From an uncultured Gammaproteobacteria bacterium (GTDB lineage Bacteria > Pseudomonadota > Gammaproteobacteria > Ga0077536): a DNA stretch of 64,000 nucleotides. The DNA lies in the NCBI GenBank assembly GCA_938082545.1, contig CALKCL010000019.1, positions 3,914-67,913 on the forward strand, in the 5' to 3' direction. Made by a program: the position numbers and the translations under genes. A model generated the notes under the pieces. It did no database searches. It had not been told where the DNA came from and saw nothing but the letters and a program-made list of their open reading frames with translations. Shown here in pieces: positions 39,576-48,789 of the stretch (its first letter is position 1; each line of letters begins with the position of its first letter).

Positions 39576-41969
39576 ATGTCCCAGAGAAAAAATGACGACT
39601 GGATGGGAACCCCGCTGCCCCGAAAAGAAGATCGCAGGTTGCTCACCGGGAAAGGAAAATATGTCAGCGACATCGTCATTCCCGGCGCACTTCATGCCGT
39701 TTTTGTCCGTAGCGAATATGCACATGCAAAAATATTATCTATCGATACATCTGAAGCCGAAGAATTGGCAGGTATTGAACGGATATATACAGGGGACCAG
39801 ATCAAACACCTAATAAAATCTATGCCACAACCGATTGTTCAACCCGCTCTTCCTGCTCACTACCCCACTTTTTGGCCATTAGCTGTTGATAAAGTCACAT
39901 TCCACGGAGAGCCAGTAGCACTTGTTGTAGCACGTGATAAATATGTTGCAGAAGATGCTGCTGAATTAGTGTTCGTTGATTACGAAGAACTAAAGCCGGT
40001 TTTAGACCCGGAAGAAGCCCTCAAACCTGAATCGGCGATTATCCATGAAAAAGATGGCACGAATGAAATATTTTCGATGACCTTCACCGGTGGAGATACA
40101 GAAGCAAGTCAAGCCGAAAATGCTGCTGAAGTAGAAAAAATATTCCAAAACGCACCTATCGTGGTCAAAGACAGATTTAAAACCCATCGCACTGGAGTCA
40201 CGCCAATGGAGCCCAGGGCGATCTTGTGTGATTGGGATGATTCCGATGGCTTACTCGCATACATTACGACACAACGGCCCCATATCGATAGATTAGCATT
40301 ATCCGACATACTCGATATCTCTGCAGAAAAAGTCCAAGTCATCGCGCCTCGTGATCAAGGAGGTGGCTTCGGAGTCAAGGCACCCTTCTACAGAGAAAAT
40401 ATAATTATTGCTCACGCGGCACGCGACTTAAAACAGCCAGTGAGATGGGTTGAATCTCGATATGAAAGCTTGATGAATGTAGGGCAAGAAAGAGATCAAA
40501 TTAACGACATGGAAATTGCTGCGGATCTAGAAGGCAATATGCTGGCACTGCGTAATTTTGGTCTCGCAGATAATGGCGTTGGAACGACAGGTGTATACTG
40601 GGGATTCGTCATGCCTTTCTTAGGCGCCATAGAGTTACCAAACGGATACAAATGGCCAAAGGCTGATATCCGTCTCAAAGTCGCAACTACCAATAAGGCT
40701 TGTTTAACACCCTCAAGAGCCTTTGGGCATTTCCCGACCCGTTTCGCAATTGAACGTTGTATCGATATGGTCGCCCACAAGATTGGGATGGAGCCCAGCA
40801 CGTTTCGCAGAAAGAATTTAGTAGCTGACCTACCTTACACCAGCATAACAAATGAATACTTTGACAGTGGCGATTTCCTAAAAGTCTGGGATACACTAAT
40901 GGAAAAAGCCAATCTTCCTGACTTCAGAGTCCAACAGAAAAATGCATTATCAGAAAAAAAATACATTGGAATAGGATTCGGGTGTGGAGTGGAACTGTCA
41001 GGGGTCGCTTCAGAACTATTTGTCCCAATGGAAAATCAACCCGGATACGGGGCTGCGACTGTGCGGCTCGATCCCAGAGGAAAAGTCCAAGTCTTTGGTG
41101 GCGATGCGCCTGGAGGGCAAGGTCATGAAACAACGACCGCACAAGTGGTCGCTTCCGAATTCGGTATTTCTCCCGAAGATGTCATCATAACAACGGGGAA
41201 TACAGGTAGTACTCCTTTTGGCTCTGGTTCGGTTGGAGCCCGCATGGGGTCCTATTTCATCAGCGCGGTGGCTGAGGCCTGTAGAGAATTAAAAACCAAA
41301 ATTGCTAAGTTCTTAGCACATGACTTACAACTAGAAGCATCAGTTGAACATTTTGAGTTCAAAAATGGAGAGGTTGTCTATTTAGGCGACGATTCCCAGC
41401 GTAGCTCTTTCATGTCTATTGTTGAACGTATCATCATGTTTCCGATCAACATGCCAGAGGGGGAAACCGGTGGATTGGACGCAACGACTTTTTTCGAGGC
41501 CGCCAAGCCTATGATTTGCTTTAACGCTGATTGTTGCGTGGTTGAAGTGTCGTTGGAAACCGGTGACTTCAAAATATTAAAGTGGATAACAGCCGAAGAT
41601 GTAGGAAACGTAATAAATCCATTAATTGTTAACGGACAAATGCACGGAGCTATTGTTCAGGGCATATCTAACACTGTGTTCGAAGAATTTGTTTACGACG
41701 AACAAGGCCAACAATTGACTGCTGATTTTGAACATTACAAAATGGCTAATGCCGCAGATGTCCCCAACATTGATCTCAACTATGCCACCACGCCTTGTCC
41801 TCATACGCCTTTAGGGACTAGAGGTATTGGGGAAGGAAGACCTAGCTCTGTGCCAGGCGCGCTTACAAATGCGGTTTGTGATGCTCTAAAACCCTTTGGA
41901 ATAGAGATCACCACTTTGCCACTTAGGCCAGATGCTATCTGGCAAAAAATACAAGATGCTACTCAGTAA
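39576..41969 (+). CDS. Xanthine-oxidase-family hydroxylase, molybdopterin (large) subunit; substrate unknown
   Basis: RKEDRRLLTGKG, TQRPH, GGGFGVK, GQGHETT, GSGSVGAR, RGIGEG (catalytic Glu); active-site loop reads PSRAFGH. Confidence 0.92.
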   Translation: MSQRKNDDWMGTPLPRKEDRRLLTGKGKYVSDIVIPGALHAVFVRSEYAHAKILSIDTSEAEELAGIERIYTGDQIKHLIKSMPQPIVQPALPAHYPTFWPLAVDKVTFHGEPVALVVARDKYVAEDAAELVFVDYEELKPVLDPEEALKPESAIIHEKDGTNEIFSMTFTGGDTEASQAENAAEVEKIFQNAPIVVKDRFKTHRTGVTPMEPRAILCDWDDSDGLLAYITTQRPHIDRLALSDILDISAEKVQVIAPRDQGGGFGVKAPFYRENIIIAHAARDLKQPVRWVESRYESLMNVGQERDQINDMEIAADLEGNMLALRNFGLADNGVGTTGVYWGFVMPFLGAIELPNGYKWPKADIRLKVATTNKACLTPSRAFGHFPTRFAIERCIDMVAHKIGMEPSTFRRKNLVADLPYTSITNEYFDSGDFLKVWDTLMEKANLPDFRVQQKNALSEKKYIGIGFGCGVELSGVASELFVPMENQPGYGAATVRLDPRGKVQVFGGDAPGGQGHETTTAQVVASEFGISPEDVIITTGNTGSTPFGSGSVGARMGSYFISAVAEACRELKTKIAKFLAHDLQLEASVEHFEFKNGEVVYLGDDSQRSSFMSIVERIIMFPINMPEGETGGLDATTFFEAAKPMICFNADCCVVEVSLETGDFKILKWITAEDVGNVINPLIVNGQMHGAIVQGISNTVFEEFVYDEQGQQLTADFEHYKMANAADVPNIDLNYATTPCPHTPLGTRGIGEGRPSSVPGALTNAVCDALKPFGIEITTLPLRPDAIWQKIQDATQ

Positions 41970-41989
41970 TTGGGTGTTAGGAGTAACCG

Positions 41990-42556
41990 TTGGAATTAAA
42001 TGATGAAGTGCTTATTAAAGCTGAAAGAGAAAAGGTTTTCCTAGCGTTAAATGATCCAGATATTTTACAAAAAGCGATACCTGGATGCGAGCTGATTGAA
42101 AAGCTATCTGCGGATAAGTACAAGGCTATTATTGTATCAAAAATCGGTCCCTTGAAAATTCGTTTCAAAGGAGAAGCGACGATCTCAGAATCAAAGTTCC
42201 CTTCAAACTATAAAATTACTGGAGAAGGAAGAGGTGGTCCGGCCGGACACGCTAAAGTGGTCGCAAATGTAGTGCTGCGTGAAGAAGAGTCATCCACTCG
42301 CCTAGCATACACTGTGCACGCCGACATTGGTGGGAAGCTTGCTCAACTGGGAGGCCCTTTGGTGGAAAAGACAGCGCAAAAGCTATCGGCTAATTTTTTT
42401 GAGCATTTAAATAAGCTTTTGTCAGCAAACACCTCAATAAAAACAGAGGATGAAACTATCTCTTCGCCGGATAAAGCCCCGTCATACTGGGCCAAAGCTG
42501 CCGCCATTTCAGCTATTGTGGCAATAGGTATTCTGGCCTGGGCAATGCTTAAATAA
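41990..42556 (+). CDS. coxG: CoxG/SRPBCC family protein with C-terminal membrane anchor
   Basis: LNDPDILQKAIPGCE, IGPLK, IGGKLAQLG, hydrophobic C-tail. Confidence 0.88.
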   Translation: MELNDEVLIKAEREKVFLALNDPDILQKAIPGCELIEKLSADKYKAIIVSKIGPLKIRFKGEATISESKFPSNYKITGEGRGGPAGHAKVVANVVLREEESSTRLAYTVHADIGGKLAQLGGPLVEKTAQKLSANFFEHLNKLLSANTSIKTEDETISSPDKAPSYWAKAAAISAIVAIGILAWAMLK

Positions 42557-42626
42557 AGACATATAACAGAGGGGAAATTCTTTGTGGTAAGATTACAAAA
42601 GATCCAAAAAAAAGCTTCAGGAAAAG

Positions 42627-43640
42627 ATGAGTAGAGCGGCAGAAAGATACCCTGAGAAACTCGTCGACAAGTTCGGGCGAACAGTAGATTACGTGCGGAT
42701 ATCTGTGACTGACAGATGTGACTTCCGTTGCGTTTATTGTATGGATGAGGAGATGGAGTTTCTCCCTCGAGACCGCATCCTGACTCTAGAGGAACTAGAG
42801 TTAGTCGGGAAAGCATTTGCAGAGTTGGGAGTAACAAAAATTCGGCTTACTGGTGGGGAACCATTAGTACGAAAAGACGTCATCACGCTAATCGAAAATT
42901 TAGGAACAATACAAAGTCTAAAAGAGTTAGTAATAACCACAAACGGTTCACAATTAGTCAAATTAGCGTTGCCTTTAAAAAATGCTGGCGTGAAAAGAAT
43001 CAATATCAGTTTAGATTCCCTAAATCCAAAAAAATTCAAAGAACTCACAAGAACCGGTGAACTCCAGCAAGTCCTTGATGGAATCAAAGCCGCTAAAGCA
43101 GCTAATTTCGAAAAAATAAAAATCAATGCTGTTATTTTAAAAAATAGAAACGATGATGAAGTTAAAGCATTAGTTGATTTCTCCGCAGACAATGACCTTG
43201 ATATATCCTTCATTGAAGAAATGCCTTTGGGTGTTATAGGAGAACATGATAGGGCCGAGGCATATTACTCTAGCGATAATATTAAAGCGGATTTGGAAAA
43301 GCATTACACATTGATCCCCACCCCAGAAACTACTGCGGGTCCGTCCAAGTATTTCCGCGTCGCAGAAACTGGCGCTCGTGTTGGTTTTATTTCTCCCCAC
43401 AGCCATAACTTCTGTGACGACTGTAATAGAGTCCGTCTAACGGCAGAAGGAAGATTGCTCTTATGTCTGGGGCAGGAACATTCGGTTGACCTCAGGGCTG
43501 TACTGAGAACCTACCCTGGCGATATCAATAAGCTGAAATCCGCAATCGTTGACTCTATGGATATAAAACCCAAAGGACATGACTTCGACCTAAGTGTGCA
43601 ACCATTAATATTCCGTCATATGAGTCACACTGGCGGCTAA
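42627..43640 (+). CDS. moaA: GTP 3',8-cyclase
   Basis: RISVTDRCDFRCVYC, LTGGEP, FCDDCNRVRLT...LC, C-terminal GG. Confidence 0.97.
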   Translation: MSRAAERYPEKLVDKFGRTVDYVRISVTDRCDFRCVYCMDEEMEFLPRDRILTLEELELVGKAFAELGVTKIRLTGGEPLVRKDVITLIENLGTIQSLKELVITTNGSQLVKLALPLKNAGVKRINISLDSLNPKKFKELTRTGELQQVLDGIKAAKAANFEKIKINAVILKNRNDDEVKALVDFSADNDLDISFIEEMPLGVIGEHDRAEAYYSSDNIKADLEKHYTLIPTPETTAGPSKYFRVAETGARVGFISPHSHNFCDDCNRVRLTAEGRLLLCLGQEHSVDLRAVLRTYPGDINKLKSAIVDSMDIKPKGHDFDLSVQPLIFRHMSHTGG

Positions 43641-43716
43641 AAAGTAGAGCAGTGTGACAGCCTCGCCCTCGCCGAGCTGACTAACATTTCCCATAATTTT
43701 TATAGGCTAAAAGGTA

Positions 43717-44409
43717 TTGTTCGACTCTAACTCAGCTCTAATCTCTGCTTTTTCGATGCTCCTAACAGGAGATAGAGAAGTTTGGTCAGCTATCGGTGTT
43801 TCATTTTCGGTTTCTCTACGTGCAATTCTCATTGCGTCACCTCCTGCTATTGCAATGGCTTTTCTTCTCGCATATAAAACTTTTCCTGGCAGAAGATTAG
43901 TTCTAACTATAACCAACACTTTAATGTCAGTTCCTGCAGTCGTTGTTGGCCTCACTGTTTATCTTGCTTTGTCTAAAAATGGCATAGCAGCCGACCTCAG
44001 ATTACTCTATACCCAGCCAGCTATGATTATCGGCCAAGTTATTATTTGTTTCCCGCTGCTAGTTGCTATGGCTCACGCCACTTTTGTGGCAGGAGACAAA
44101 CTTGCGTATGAAACTGCTCGTACCCTAGGTGCTAAACGCATCCCAGCGATGCTCACCGTCTTTCTCGAGTTGCGCTTTGGTTTGCTGGCCGCAGTAATTG
44201 CCGGATTCAGCCGGATAATCGCAGAAATTGGCTGCTCTATGATGGTCGGTGGCAATATTTTAGATCACACAAGAAATATCCCGACAGCAATAGCCTTAGA
44301 AACCAGCAAAGGAGAGTTTGCTATGGGAGTGGCATTGGGGATCGTTTTGCTGTCACTCACTATGCTACTGAACGTACTGCTAGCGATGTTTCAAGGTGAT
44401 GGGCAATGA
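43717..44409 (+). CDS. tupB: Tungstate-type ABC transporter permease
   Basis: NTLMSVPAVVVGLTVY, LLYTQPAMIIGQ, AEIGCSMMVGGNI...TRNIPTAIALETSKG. Confidence 0.85.
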   Translation: MFDSNSALISAFSMLLTGDREVWSAIGVSFSVSLRAILIASPPAIAMAFLLAYKTFPGRRLVLTITNTLMSVPAVVVGLTVYLALSKNGIAADLRLLYTQPAMIIGQVIICFPLLVAMAHATFVAGDKLAYETARTLGAKRIPAMLTVFLELRFGLLAAVIAGFSRIIAEIGCSMMVGGNILDHTRNIPTAIALETSKGEFAMGVALGIVLLSLTMLLNVLLAMFQGDGQ

Positions 44410-45071
44410 GCTTAGCTAATACGGCACAGTCCCTCACAGCGAATAAGTTAACCTTTATACGTGATACTAGATTAATACTTGATTGCAAGAGTTTGACGGT
44501 ACAGAAAGGCGAACTTGTTCTCCTAACCGGGCCAAACGGTTCTGGTAAAACGACCCTACTGAAAATATTGGCCGGACTGATAACAGCGGATACCGGTGAG
44601 TTCATACTAGGAGAGAAAAGCTTTACTAGCTTTGAAGCACCTAAGTACTTAATTGGGACATGTATTTATTTACACCAAACTCCCTATATGTTTTGCGGGA
44701 CAGTCCTCCAGAATCTAAGTTATGGCTTGAGAAGAAAAGGATTGAGAAACAATGATATAAGATCTTTGGTGGACCAAGCCATCAGAAAAAATAAGCTGAC
44801 TCATTTGACTGAAAGAATGGCCTCTACGCTCTCGGCTGGAGAGCAACATCAGGTAGCTTTAGTTAGAGCACAAATATTGAAACCTCCTGTTTTGCTCTTA
44901 GATGAAATCACTGCGCACATGGACCAGAAAGCGCGCGGTAGGACATTCGAAATAATAAAAGCGCTACAGGAAGAAGAAATTTCTATTGTTTTTGCAACCC
45001 ATGACGATGAAACCATTAAAACATTACCCGGCACATTCCTTCATATGGACAGCGGTTGTTTGGCTTTATGA
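44406..45071 (+). CDS. tupC: ABC transporter ATP-binding subunit (TupC-like)
   Basis: GPNGSGKTT, LSAGEQ, LLLDE, ATHD; 4-nt overlap with tupB. Confidence 0.75.
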   Translation: MSLANTAQSLTANKLTFIRDTRLILDCKSLTVQKGELVLLTGPNGSGKTTLLKILAGLITADTGEFILGEKSFTSFEAPKYLIGTCIYLHQTPYMFCGTVLQNLSYGLRRKGLRNNDIRSLVDQAIRKNKLTHLTERMASTLSAGEQHQVALVRAQILKPPVLLLDEITAHMDQKARGRTFEIIKALQEEEISIVFATHDDETIKTLPGTFLHMDSGCLAL

Positions 45072-45682
45072 GCCCGGAACTGAAAAGTGACATTACTGGT
45101 TGTATTTTGGCTGGAGGACAGGGGATCCGTGTAGGGGGAAAAGACAAAGGATTGATAACTCTAAATGGAAGATATTTATCTCAACACTGTATAGAACGTC
45201 TCTCTCCGCAGGTAGGTTCTATCATCATAAGCGCCAACAGGAACATACCTGTTTACGAAAGCTTTGGATGCATTGTGGTACAAGATAAAACAGATAACAG
45301 CAATGGACCCCTAAGCGGCTTTCATGGTGCTTTAGAAGTAGCTACAACGACTTTTGTGGCTTTCACTCCATGCGATGCACCATTTTTCCCGCAAAATCTT
45401 GTTGAGAAACTGATGGAGCCTTTTTCTGATGAAAAAACTGAAATCACAATGGCAATTGTTCGAACCAAACACCAGCCGGTGTTCGCAATGGTTAAAAGCA
45501 GTTTAGAGAATTCATTAGCTTTATTCTTAGAAAACGGTGGGAGAAAAATCCGCTCTTGGTTCGACACCAGAACGTGCGTAACCGTCGAGTTCGATGATAA
45601 GGGCGAGTTCATGAACATCAATAGCCCATCAGACCTTGAAAAAGCTGAACTATGGTCTAAGAAAAATCAAATTACTGCCTAG
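45068..45682 (+). CDS. mobA: Molybdenum cofactor guanylyltransferase
   Basis: ILAGGQG...GKDKGL, SANRN, GPLSG, PCDAPF, QPVF, FMNINSP; ATG 45068 overlaps the tupC stop. Confidence 0.92.
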   Translation: MSPELKSDITGCILAGGQGIRVGGKDKGLITLNGRYLSQHCIERLSPQVGSIIISANRNIPVYESFGCIVVQDKTDNSNGPLSGFHGALEVATTTFVAFTPCDAPFFPQNLVEKLMEPFSDEKTEITMAIVRTKHQPVFAMVKSSLENSLALFLENGGRKIRSWFDTRTCVTVEFDDKGEFMNINSPSDLEKAELWSKKNQITA

Positions 45683-45686
45683 GATC

Positions 45687-47288
45687 TTAAAACTGAAAGA
45701 TAATACTTAGATCAGTTTCATGTCGACTGTTCTCGCTAGTTTGTCCCCAGATATCACCTAATCCCCATGGGCCGGGATCATTATGGAACGCCCGCCAATA
45801 TATGTGTTGCTGAAAGCGCAATAATATATTGTCTGACCAGAAGTAATCGACTTTGAATTTGTTATAGGCTCCCGTTGATCTAGGATCAAATGCCATTAAA
45901 AAACTCGGTTTTAGAAGCCCTGCCGCTCCGTAGGCAGTCGATGCCGAAAACGTCATCACGAACTCATCACGATCGATACGGTCAGTATTTTCGGCAATAT
46001 ATTTCCCAGACACGACTTGTCCGTTAAGCGTTGCTTGCTTTACGGTCGACATGCCTCGGTAGTACTGGTTGTAATCGATATAATGCCGCCAAAATATCTG
46101 CGAAGACAGGAATACAGTTCTTGTCTTATTCAAGGCTCTCATCCATGTTGGTCTATCTGCCGCAATCATAACCACGGTGCGTCTGGCTGTATCATATTGA
46201 TCCCTGTCGGGATCAGCAGTAATAGGAGCATCAGCCGATAATTTCACGGGAATGCCTGTTGTAAAAGTCGTTTCCATGCGCAAGACCGATTGTGTAAATC
46301 GCTCATCCGAATAATTCGCAGTAAACCCTAATACATGCGTTCGCGGATTCACGATATCTTTAACCGTATAAAAAGTATCGTCTATCGTTTGAGACAGTTG
46401 TCTCTGTACCCTAATGCCGGTATCTGCCGAAAAGCCATAAAAATAATTAAGACTAAAGTCGATCTCTCCCCAGATAGCCTTAAACCTCACACCTGCTTGT
46501 CCATTGGTAAGCTTTTTATTTGGCCTACGATTCCTCATTTCAGTATCGAGGTCCAGTAGTAAGCCATCTTTATAAATCACATTAGCCGTTTTATTCAATC
46601 CATTCCCCGTAAATGCCCAAGGTTTTCGAGGATCAGTAGATATGATGTTTTCTCTAAAATCTGTAGGGATCCAGATCCCTTCTACGAACGACTCATCAAA
46701 CCATGCAAACTTTCCAATATCATAAATTCCTCGCGCCATCCAAAGCGGGATTCGTATATCTTCCCAGGATTCCCTACTCCAATGCCAACTCAAATCAAGC
46801 GGATTGATAACGTCCAAAGCTCTAAAACCATCTGTCTCTCCCCAAACAACCTGTTGTCGGCCTAGCCTTAAAGTAACGGGAGGGAGAACAACATCCACGA
46901 ATGCTTCACGAAGGCTTGCTTCGGTGCGACCATAACGCCCGTCAGATTTGCTGAAAGCCTTGTCATAGGAACTTCGCACATCGTAGATGGAATCATAAAC
47001 ACCTCGCCCCGTAACCGTTAAGGTCGCCTCTTCTATAGGCCCCGTATTGAAAAGTCCAAATGCCTGACTGTTCTTCAAAAAATAATACTTGCCTTCCAAT
47101 TGCGCAGTATTACGTTGCATGATCGCTTCGGCATGTTTGAACTTAGGTGTCCGTAAAATATTTTGGAATTTAACAAACCCCTCAAACTCAAGTTCTGTTC
47201 CAACGGAGACAATTGCAGATAGATGAGTAGTGAAAAAAAATAAACAAACGCCGATTGCAGCCAAATAACGCTTAATGTACTTTTCCAT
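45687..47288 (-). CDS. DUF1302-family outer-membrane protein
   Basis: Signal peptide; LREAFVD, LRLGRQQVVWGETDGFRALDVINPLD, RIPLWM; C-terminal FQF. Confidence 0.82.
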   Translation of the reverse strand: MEKYIKRYLAAIGVCLFFFTTHLSAIVSVGTELEFEGFVKFQNILRTPKFKHAEAIMQRNTAQLEGKYYFLKNSQAFGLFNTGPIEEATLTVTGRGVYDSIYDVRSSYDKAFSKSDGRYGRTEASLREAFVDVVLPPVTLRLGRQQVVWGETDGFRALDVINPLDLSWHWSRESWEDIRIPLWMARGIYDIGKFAWFDESFVEGIWIPTDFRENIISTDPRKPWAFTGNGLNKTANVIYKDGLLLDLDTEMRNRRPNKKLTNGQAGVRFKAIWGEIDFSLNYFYGFSADTGIRVQRQLSQTIDDTFYTVKDIVNPRTHVLGFTANYSDERFTQSVLRMETTFTTGIPVKLSADAPITADPDRDQYDTARRTVVMIAADRPTWMRALNKTRTVFLSSQIFWRHYIDYNQYYRGMSTVKQATLNGQVVSGKYIAENTDRIDRDEFVMTFSASTAYGAAGLLKPSFLMAFDPRSTGAYNKFKVDYFWSDNILLRFQQHIYWRAFHNDPGPWGLGDIWGQTSENSRHETDLSIIFQF

Positions 47289-47293
47289 TGAGA

Positions 47294-48577
47294 CTACCTT
47301 CGGCCACTAATCATATTTCGAAGACTGTAAAACTGTTTTGCTCGTGCTTCTGTGAATTCACGTTTTTTAACGTAACAATGCGTCATCGTGGCATGAGGCT
47401 TCTTAGCATTGATATCAGATTCACCCAAATGCAGAAATACGTGATGACCAACATTCTCAGAGAAATCCTGTTTTATATAAGGTGCTTGCTGTGGCATTTC
47501 GTACGCGTAGCTCTCGGAATATTTAAGGTAATGCTGATTCATTCTTAACAAGTGGTCATCTTCCCGATCGAAAGCAAACATCCAAAGAGACCAGTTAGTC
47601 TCGGCATCAATAAAAACGATGCGGCTGCTATAGGGATGATTATCGACTGTAGGATGCATGAGAACTACGTGCGCTTTACGAACCTCCCACCGCGTTTTAT
47701 GTGGCACCCATAAGTGAGGGCCTCCGAATTCCGGATTGTCTGGCACATTAATAGTAGCGAGGACGGATTTAGTTCCAAGATATGTCCATGAGTTTTCGTA
47801 GACTTTACCGCCAAAGCCATTCATGTCTTCCCGAATCATATCCATCCCCATCAATTCGCTGGTGCGCTCCGAGGCAAGCGTCTTCCTGGGCTTCCGTTGT
47901 GAGGGCATATACATCCAGCCAGAGTTTTCTCTATCATGGTCTACGTAAGAAATTGACATGTCTTTCGCCCCAGCCATGTCACGTGGTGACCTAAACTCCA
48001 TGACCCGTTTTGTTTTAACTTCCTCATACCCTTCTACTAAACAGTGATCTCCCCGGCTGTAAGTCGAAGCGATAGAAGTAAATTCCAATTTGCGGTCTAG
48101 CCTTCCCCCCTCGCCTCTTAACCAGGTTGTCATGGGCATTACGTAGTCAACTTGTCCCGGTCTCCAAAGCATATTCCATATCACTTTTTGGCCGGCAAAT
48201 GGGTCTTCGTTTTTTATATCTTGAAAAGGAAATCCTCCCCCTTTGAATCCCACTAAGACGCCTCGATCATCTAAGTGATAGTCGTCGTTCATGTGCTGCC
48301 CCCACTCTGGTGGAGCTGGGTACACACCAGTCGCAGCAATCTCCATATCCATCCCATCGAAAATGTAATACTTCCAAGCAGATTGAGGTATCAAGGCCTC
48401 TAAATGGGAAGATCGATCTTCTAACCCAAGGTGGGTTCCAGTCTCAATAGGTTCAAAAGGGATAGGGTTGGTTATCCAGTCATAGAGACGTTCATAACTC
48501 TGCTCATCGTTAGCCCAAGAAAAATGCGTAAACAAGCAGAAAACTAAAAAGAGTGAAATTTTTAATACGCCAGGCAT
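47294..48577 (-). CDS. DUF1329-family periplasmic protein (LolA-like fold)
   Basis: Signal peptide; GGFPF, KVIWN, WMYMPSQRKPRK, WEVRKA, YSSRIVFIDAE; paired with DUF1302. Confidence 0.82.
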   Translation of the reverse strand: MPGVLKISLFLVFCLFTHFSWANDEQSYERLYDWITNPIPFEPIETGTHLGLEDRSSHLEALIPQSAWKYYIFDGMDMEIAATGVYPAPPEWGQHMNDDYHLDDRGVLVGFKGGGFPFQDIKNEDPFAGQKVIWNMLWRPGQVDYVMPMTTWLRGEGGRLDRKLEFTSIASTYSRGDHCLVEGYEEVKTKRVMEFRSPRDMAGAKDMSISYVDHDRENSGWMYMPSQRKPRKTLASERTSELMGMDMIREDMNGFGGKVYENSWTYLGTKSVLATINVPDNPEFGGPHLWVPHKTRWEVRKAHVVLMHPTVDNHPYSSRIVFIDAETNWSLWMFAFDREDDHLLRMNQHYLKYSESYAYEMPQQAPYIKQDFSENVGHHVFLHLGESDINAKKPHATMTHCYVKKREFTEARAKQFYSLRNMISGRR

Positions 48578-48661
48578 AAATAATTCCTGAGACTTATGGG
48601 TTATGACTAAATTGGAGTTTCCCCCAACCGACCAATTGTTACTTAGACGTCTTACTTTAAT

Positions 48662-48677
48662 TGCATATATATATGCA
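48662..48677. promoter_or_regulatory. Perfect 16-bp palindrome in the DUF1329/moeA divergent promoter region
   Basis: TGCATATATATATGCA. Confidence 0.3.
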
Positions 48678-48789
48678 TATTAGGTATAAAACAGCTCATA
48701 AGCAATGACAAACGTCGTGTTTGAATATTGGTGTAGAATTTAACAAAACACTTATTTTTAACTTGCGGATGAATTAAGGAAGAGGATAA

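Noticed and set aside
39576-41969. Aerobic CO dehydrogenase (coxL form I or II)
   Set aside because: The loop is PSRAFGH, not AYxCSFR or AYRGAGR, and there are no coxDEF genes.
42343-43213. Long antisense ORFs (164 aa and 159 aa) over coxG and moaA, and many similar ORFs across the window
   Set aside because: They are shadows of well-supported genes on the opposite strand, with no motifs or RBS.
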